Shown here: positions 57,474 through 64,000 of the stretch, one piece after another
Position numbering within the stretch: the first letter of the stretch is position 1
Layout: each line of letters begins with the position of its first letter
Assembly (NCBI GenBank): GCA_044892525.1
Contig: CM097885.1
Location: 18,602,001-18,666,000 of the forward strand
DNA: 64,000 bases
Direction of reading: 5' to 3'
From: Schmidtea polychroa
Lineage: Eukaryota
Made by a program: the position numbers and the translations under genes
The notes under the pieces: generated by a model
What the model saw: the letters and a program-made list of their open reading frames with translations, nothing else
Told to the model about the DNA's origin: nothing
Database searches by the model: none

Positions 57474-60143
57474 TGAATCACAGGGGAGTTTTTTTTATTA
57501 AACATTTGTTTATAAGTCCACAAAAACTTCGCTTGAGTTTGCCCATCTTTTGAGCATGATAAGCAAGTTACTTACGCAGTTGCTTTTGATTTATTATCAA
57601 TAACTTCAGCTTTCATATCTCCAACCGAAACTTTATTATCCAATTCCCAAATCTTGGCAGACGAGCTAGTTACAGCACTTAGCCAATATATATTTGGTGA
57701 GAAGATAAGTTCAATGATAATATTACCTTTTTCTAAAGTGTATAAATGTCTTCCTTCAGATAGATCCCATAACATTAACATAATACAAACATTACATAAT
57801 GCAAATTGACCATCACTTAACATAAAACTTGACATAACGCATAATCACTTTCAAATCCCTCCCATATAGTCAAAGATTTATCCCTTGATGCAGAAATAAG
57901 AGTGTTTGGATAGATTGGATTAGTTGCAATCTGTGTAATAGGTCCATCATGATCAGTAAGTGATCCCCTCAAAGTCAATTGTTTCATCATTCTTTTTACA
58001 TACAAAATTCAAAATTCATTTACAGCCATATTCTTTTAAACAAATTTCTAAAACTCCAGAAAAACTACAATTTCAACCAAAAAATAAATTTTAACATTAA
58101 TAATAAAAAACATACCCATTCCTCGCGTCTGTGTGCGCACACCAACATGAAAATAATTTTTAATAATAACGAACACACAGACGCGATGCCGAAACCGTCA
58201 CTGCCAGTCAGAGAAAGAAGTCATTCCCCATCTGACTGGTTGAAACATTTCCCCCCTCCTTGATCCCTTCCAGAGAATCAACAACCCAATTTAACTCTAG
58301 GGGCCAACCTTAGTTATTGGTCTCAATAACTCCTTTCCTTATTCAATTTCTGATAACCCTCACATACTCATCTTTCTATGATATAAGCTGCTGCACCATA
58401 CACCTTCTTTGAGACATCACTGTGGATTCTCCACCTACCATCGACATACTTGGCCAAGCCACTGTCACAGTTTATTTTCTCTAGGTATAATATCTCCCTT
58501 ATTCTGTCTTCATTTTTCACCAATTCAATATTCCACAATTTTCCCAGTCGCATTTCATTTAGTGACCAGTTTTCACTTAATTTACTCATAAGCATTCTAC
58601 AATGTCATTCTTTGATTGCTTCGAGTTTCAATTCTACAATTGACGCATTGTCTTTCATGTACATCTTTAGAGGCGTGCGAATGAATTCAAATGATCCGTG
58701 TTATTTGAAACTGTTTGATGATTCGTTCAATTTCTCTTTTAAATCCAAATCTTCTTTGGCCTTTTGAACATTCTCACGCTCTTCTTTTAGTCGATTAAAT
58801 TCCCTTCAACGATTTGTATATGCTTCGAGTGTCAGATATTCTGCTGCTGGTTTATCTTTTTCCCAATTACTCAACACTTCGGTTGTCTTCGGTTCCACAA
58901 TTTTATCTTTTGATAATTTTATGATCTGACCAGTCCGACAAGCCTCATCTTGCTTTTCCCATGTATTTATTTTTCCTTGGATATTTTGTGTGTTCGTAAT
59001 GGCGTTAACTAATTCATTAGCTTCTCCAGAATTGATTGTTTGCTGTTCTAATCCATTTTGAGCTCCTTGCTCTTCATTAGATGCCTTATTTCTGTCGAGT
59101 TGCGTTTCCTCAATTTCTCAAAATTCCCGTAACTCGTCATTTAACTTTTCCGTTTCCGTAAAATAACTCTGTACTAAATCGAACTTCTTGAAGCCTGATT
59201 TAAGTAATGGCTTCCTTCACATTTGATGCAGGTTGGTTCCCTTTTTTGCACGCTACTAACTTCCATCATTTGGCTTATATATAAGTACTTTGTTTCATTA
59301 GGCTTGTACGTATCTTCAATGCAGGCTTTTACTATTGCTCGCCACTCCGAGTATTCATTTACCCCTCCATTAAGCATAGGAAGTTGTAAGGGCTTCAATC
59401 CCACTATTAATTTCGTTTTTTCATTGTGATCTTCACTTCTAAATGATTTTTCTGTGACCTTCAGTGATTCCGCTTAAAAACTTTCTTCCTTCTGCGTGAA
59501 GAACAGATAACCGATTCTGCTAAAATCCGCTTCTAATCGTTTCAGATCTGCTTCAATTTCTTTCACTTCTTTTTCTCGTTCTAACTCCAGGGCATTATTC
59601 TTCAGCTGCTAGAATTCTGTCATTGCTTCTTCATACTTGTCTTCGTATGCCTCTCTTCTCTTTTGTTCTTCCGTAATGTCCACTCCGTCTCATAAAGCCC
59701 TGTTCCGTAAAGGCCCTAATGCAATCTTCAATCCTGTTTGTCTTTTGTAACCTGCCTCGAACTCAGCGTCTGATACTTGACTTCCCCCTGCAAGACTCAA
59801 GACCAGATGTAGCGTAGATTCTTTATTAATACTATAGTCTGATAAAGTAAGGCCGTCTTTTAATTCTTTACCAGCAAAATTAAGTCTTTGTTGACCTGGG
59901 GGTATCCCTTTTTTTCCTGAATCTTATCTTTTACATTTTTAATAGTATCACTTGATTCAACCACAATTGCAATCGTCTTCCCTGTTAACGACTTTACAAA
60001 TATTTATGAAATTTTCTTTGTATTATTTTACTATTTTTAGGAAGGGCAAGCCCTAGTAGGAATGTTTTAAAAAATGCAACATACAAAATATAAATTACAA
60101 AATAATCAAGTAATACCTTGTTCTGAACCACGCTCTGCTACCA
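57474..60143 (-). mobile_element. Older decayed Ub-Gag family element, copy D (single ubiquitin-like domain, RACK1-bearing 3' LTR, 5' LTR missing; left boundary approximate)
   Basis: PBS 60126-60143; Ub ~59785-60005; Gag fragments; RNase H remnant 58368-58595; PPT; LTR start TGTTTC at 58247 with both hairpins. Confidence 0.85.
57530..57990 (-). pseudogene. RACK1: Captured, internally deleted RACK1 mRNA fragment inside LTR
   Basis: [77 protein letters not shown]. Confidence 0.9.
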
Positions 60144-61180
60144 GAATGTATCAATGATAATAATAGTAATAGTAATAGAATGGTTTTAAACCGAGATGGT
60201 CCTTAGTCAATATTATGTAAGAAATACAAACTTATTAATTAATTCACTAATCAATTTAATTGATAAACAAAATTATCGAGCTTGATATGCTGCCATCAGA
60301 AATGTCAAGCTTCGAAAAATAACTTTATTATTTGTACTTTATTTTTCTTCTTTTCGTGGCCTAATAATTAGATTACAATAGAAATTGATGAAATTAGATC
60401 CTATATAATGGTTACAAACTTTAGAAAAATTCAAGTATTGTTAAACGAGAATTATCGTCTAATTTGTTTTTTAAAAGCTAATGTAATATTGCGACTATTG
60501 TTATTTGAAAATTGAATACTTGTTTTAATTTGTTTGACAATAATTCATTTAAAATATTTAATAAGCCAACTCTACTAATATGGTTTTTACAGAAATAATT
60601 TAATTATTAAATAATTAAATTTATTTAATTTATTTAATAATTTTTATGATTAATAAATGATAATTATAAATTTTTCATAATAACATTTATAAGTGTATAT
60701 TGTAAAAATTTACAAACAAGAAAATAAACAAAATCTTTTGAGCATTATTGAAAACTATAAAAATAACAAATAATTCACAAAAATTAATTTACCTGATGAA
60801 AATTATTATTATGATATGAAGAATGATAAGTAGGTAGTTAGTGGCTTACGGCAGCAATAGGGGGGGGGGGGGGTAAAAAATGTTGCAAACTTTTGATTGC
60901 ATAACTTTTTCCGTAGACATTTTTTGATTACATAATTGTTGCCGTAATGCCCAATGTTTTCTGGGATTTTAAATACAAATTTTTTTTTTTTTTTTTTTTT
61001 TTTTCAATAAACAAGCCAAGGATAAATATTATTTGGGTGGGTCTCCTTGGTCCTGAGAATTTCAATAGAAAAAGGTAGTCTTCAATAAAAAAGCATGGAT
61101 TTTTCACACTATAGTGAGGGGATCTTCTTGGTCATGAGAATTTCAATAGAAAAGGTGGTTTACATTAAAAAACGCATAGT

Positions 61181-61520
61181 AAATTTTTAAAATAAAGTAA
61201 ATTATGATCCAAATTTTTAAATTAAAGTAAATAATGGTTCTAAAAAATTAAATTAAAGTAAATAATGGTCCAAATATTTTAAATTACAGTAAATAATGGT
61301 TCTAAAAATTAAATTACAGTAAATAATGGTCAAAAATTTTAAAATTAAAGTAAATTATGGTTCTAAAAATTAAATTACAGTAAATAATGGTCAAAAATTT
61401 TAAAATTAAAGTAAATTATGGTTCTAAAAATTAAATTAAAGTTAATTAAGGTCAAAAATTTTAAAATTAAAGTAATAATTTTTAAATAAGTAAATTAAAG
61501 TAATGTAATAAGTAAATTAA
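61181..61520. repeat. AT-rich ~29-31-bp tandem repeats downstream of PolB, probably Polinton subterminal region (possible terminus AGTAGGTAG near 60829)
   Basis: Repeated AAATTAAAGTAAATAATGG unit; also a ~60-bp direct repeat at ~61040 and ~61120. Confidence 0.6.
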
Positions 61521-61711
61521 AGTAAGATTTTTAAATTTATTAACAAAAATAGAAGGTATTTGAGAATTGAAATTTTTTAATGGAAATTTTAATGAATTAT
61601 TTTTTAAGTAATTTTTAATAGAAATTTTTATGAATAATTTTCAATGGTAATTTTTAATGGAAATTTTAATAGAATAATTTTTAAGATAATTTTTAATGAA
61701 AATTTTTATGA

Positions 61712-61770
<59 letters not shown>

Positions 61771-61957
61771 TAATATTAATAATATATCAACCAAATACTA
61801 TACAACACATAAAAAATTAACTAAACACATAAAAATAACTAGACACATAACAAAACATATAAACATTAACTAAACACATAAAAATGAACTAGACACATAA
61901 CAAACATAAAAATTTACCAAATAACAAATGTAAAGATATAAAATTTATTCAATAAAA

Positions 61958-64000
61958 TTAGTCCTCATCGGACAAAATAACGTCATCGATATCGATGTCA
62001 TCTTCTCCAAAATCTTCATTTAATTCTTCCTCATCTTCTCCATCATTTTCTCCAACATTTTCTGAAACATTTTCTGCAACAATTTCTCCAACATTTTCTC
62101 CAATATTTAATTCACTTAATCTTACATGCCCATATGCAAGACTAGTATTTTTCCCCACCCAAACCCTTTTGTCATCTTTGTTAGTTAGTGCTATTTTTGT
62201 GTTTTTAATTGTAAAAATTTGATGATTTTTGCTTGTTATTTTAGTCTGAGGAACCGAAAAAATCTGGTTAGTGTTATAACAATCCAGGTATGACTGATGT
62301 TTTATGTCACTACCTTTCAATGTTACACCTTTAGCCTTTTTTGTTTCCTCATCACTCAACAAGCTATAACATTTAGGTCTAAGAAAAACCCACTCCTTAT
62401 ATTTAAGACCTTTATTCTCGTCTTTGAACTTTCCAATGACTGAATCAAGGTTCTTACTATATAAGGAATGACAACTATTGTAATTGGAAGTATCCAATAA
62501 ATTATCTCGAACCATTGCAGGTAAAAGAACCTCAAGTTTGCAGTTAATGACTTCGAGGAAAAAAGAATCTGTATCACCTGCAACGATATTAATTTTACAA
62601 TTAAACTCATTGCGAAATGATTCCAGATCCTTATATTGCAATTCATACATTCTAAGTTTAGATAGATCAAGTACAGATTGACCAATGTAACTCGGTCTAT
62701 CTAAACATATAGAATCTGAATTCAATAGTGCTGCAATTAAATTATCTGCTATTTTAATAGATTTTTTAAAAGTTGGTTTTGACGAATATTTAACTAATTT
62801 ACCGGCAGTTGTACAAAGACGAAGATTCATTCTTCTCTTTAAATTTTCAACTGTTTTGCCGTATAAACTATTATTTAGCAATTTATAATAATTTTTATCT
62901 AAGCTATTTACGCTTTTTGATCTTAATTCAGTATTTGTATCTATATATTTTTTAAAAATTGGTGATTGCTTAAATCTTACACCCCTATTTACACGTGTTA
63001 CTTTAACACCAAGTTCCAAATATAATTTTAATAATCTCCAATGAATAACATAATTAGATTTTGGAAGATGAGTTAATAATAATTTTTCAACCTTAGACCC
63101 AGCAGGTTTCATTTTTTCAGCAGCTACAGGGAAATCATCCAACTTATCATGAAGCTCAGAAGGAATTACAAGATCAACTTCAAGTGTGTATCCATAAGAC
63201 AAAGATTCAAGATTTAAATTCCTACATTCATCCATTATTTTATCAAATCCATCAAGAACCCAACAAAATTCGCCACAAGGTAATGATTGACTTAAAGCCC
63301 AGCCATAAAGATTATTAATATCTATATATAGTAACTCGGTGTTCTCGTCGGTTTTTACGTAATGCTTATTCACAAAAGTAAGACCGCCTCTTATTCCACC
63401 CTCATAAAAGCTAAACATTTCGTTTTCAGTTATGAGTTCAATTGGTTCATTTAAAGACATTAATGCAGAAGACCAAGACATGCCTGGAATTCCGAAATAA
63501 TTCAATGGTTCCAATCTATTGTGAGCAATGGATTTCAACCGAAACTGATGAAAGAAATCAGCCAAAAGAAAACAATCAAGTTTTAGGTAGATCATCATAT
63601 AATCTAATAAAGTTACGCAATTAGTTTCTACCCAAATCTCCTGAGCTTTTTCATACTCAAGCTCAGTGACACCCTCCCAGATTGGTGGTAATTCATAAGT
63701 AGTTTGGAGAATATCTAAAGAAGTGGCGAAATTATAAGGGAAGATTCCTTTTTCACTTACTATGGTGCCAGAAAAAGCAGAATTAGTAAAAGGCAAAGAA
63801 TTCAAAGTTTTGACTGCTTTAGCCAAAGAATCATTGACAAATTGATACGAATCAATGAATCTTAGGCTAATTTTACCTAAATGAGCAATCAAAGATATAA
63901 ATTTTTCCGTAGTTATTGGGATGCACCCTAAATTCCAATTTTTAAATTTATTTAATCCATATTTAAGTATATGGTGCATATCGTATCCCTTCAAGTTGTG
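61958..64000 (-). CDS. Polinton-type protein-primed DNA polymerase B, open frame continuing beyond the window
   Basis: HNLKGYD, RFIDS, KGIFPY, YIDINNLYGWA, KLLNNSLYGK, AGDTDS, DDKR, acidic tail. Confidence 0.92.
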   Translation of the reverse strand, partial: HNLKGYDMHHILKYGLNKFKNWNLGCIPITTEKFISLIAHLGKISLRFIDSYQFVNDSLAKAVKTLNSLPFTNSAFSGTIVSEKGIFPYNFATSLDILQTTYELPPIWEGVTELEYEKAQEIWVETNCVTLLDYMMIYLKLDCFLLADFFHQFRLKSIAHNRLEPLNYFGIPGMSWSSALMSLNEPIELITENEMFSFYEGGIRGGLTFVNKHYVKTDENTELLYIDINNLYGWALSQSLPCGEFCWVLDGFDKIMDECRNLNLESLSYGYTLEVDLVIPSELHDKLDDFPVAAEKMKPAGSKVEKLLLTHLPKSNYVIHWRLLKLYLELGVKVTRVNRGVRFKQSPIFKKYIDTNTELRSKSVNSLDKNYYKLLNNSLYGKTVENLKRRMNLRLCTTAGKLVKYSSKPTFKKSIKIADNLIAALLNSDSICLDRPSYIGQSVLDLSKLRMYELQYKDLESFRNEFNCKINIVAGDTDSFFLEVINCKLEVLLPAMVRDNLLDTSNYNSCHSLYSKNLDSVIGKFKDENKGLKYKEWVFLRPKCYSLLSDEETKKAKGVTLKGSDIKHQSYLDCYNTNQIFSVPQTKITSKNHQIFTIKNTKIALTNKDDKRVWVGKNTSLAYGHVRLSELNIGENVGEIVAENVSENVGENDGEDEEELNEDFGEDDIDIDDVILSDED

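Noticed and set aside
57572..58005. Functional host RACK1 gene
   Set aside because: Internally deleted, frameshifted and embedded in an LTR.

Overview
Very AT-rich eukaryotic DNA, probably from an invertebrate: (AAT)n/(AT)n microsatellites are abundant and the introns seen are about 40-50 nt. The species cannot be named from this window. I found no intact host gene. The window is almost entirely nested mobile DNA: hAT transposons and MITEs, a Gypsy integrase remnant, two head-to-head solo LTRs, two Penelope-like GIY-YIG elements with minimal hammerhead ribozymes, and four Polinton/Maverick-type protein-primed PolB loci. One PolB locus is a 5.4-kb element with ~1.5-kb inverted arms and a 6-bp TSD; another appears to contain spliceosomal introns. 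The most striking system is a family of non-autonomous BEL/Pao-derived LTR elements with four members (3073-8704, solo LTR 16401-17290, 50934-55659, ~57474-60143). Their LTRs keep a conserved hairpin 5' module, followed by interchangeable, intronless fragments of host mRNAs (cofilin-like start, DUSP12, RACK1, unidentified pieces). In both two-LTR copies the reading frame opens at the captured ATG inside the LTR and runs across the tRNA-iMet PBS into a di-ubiquitin-Gag(-protease) fusion, with no RT or integrase. All homology calls are by-eye motif recognition; no database search was run.
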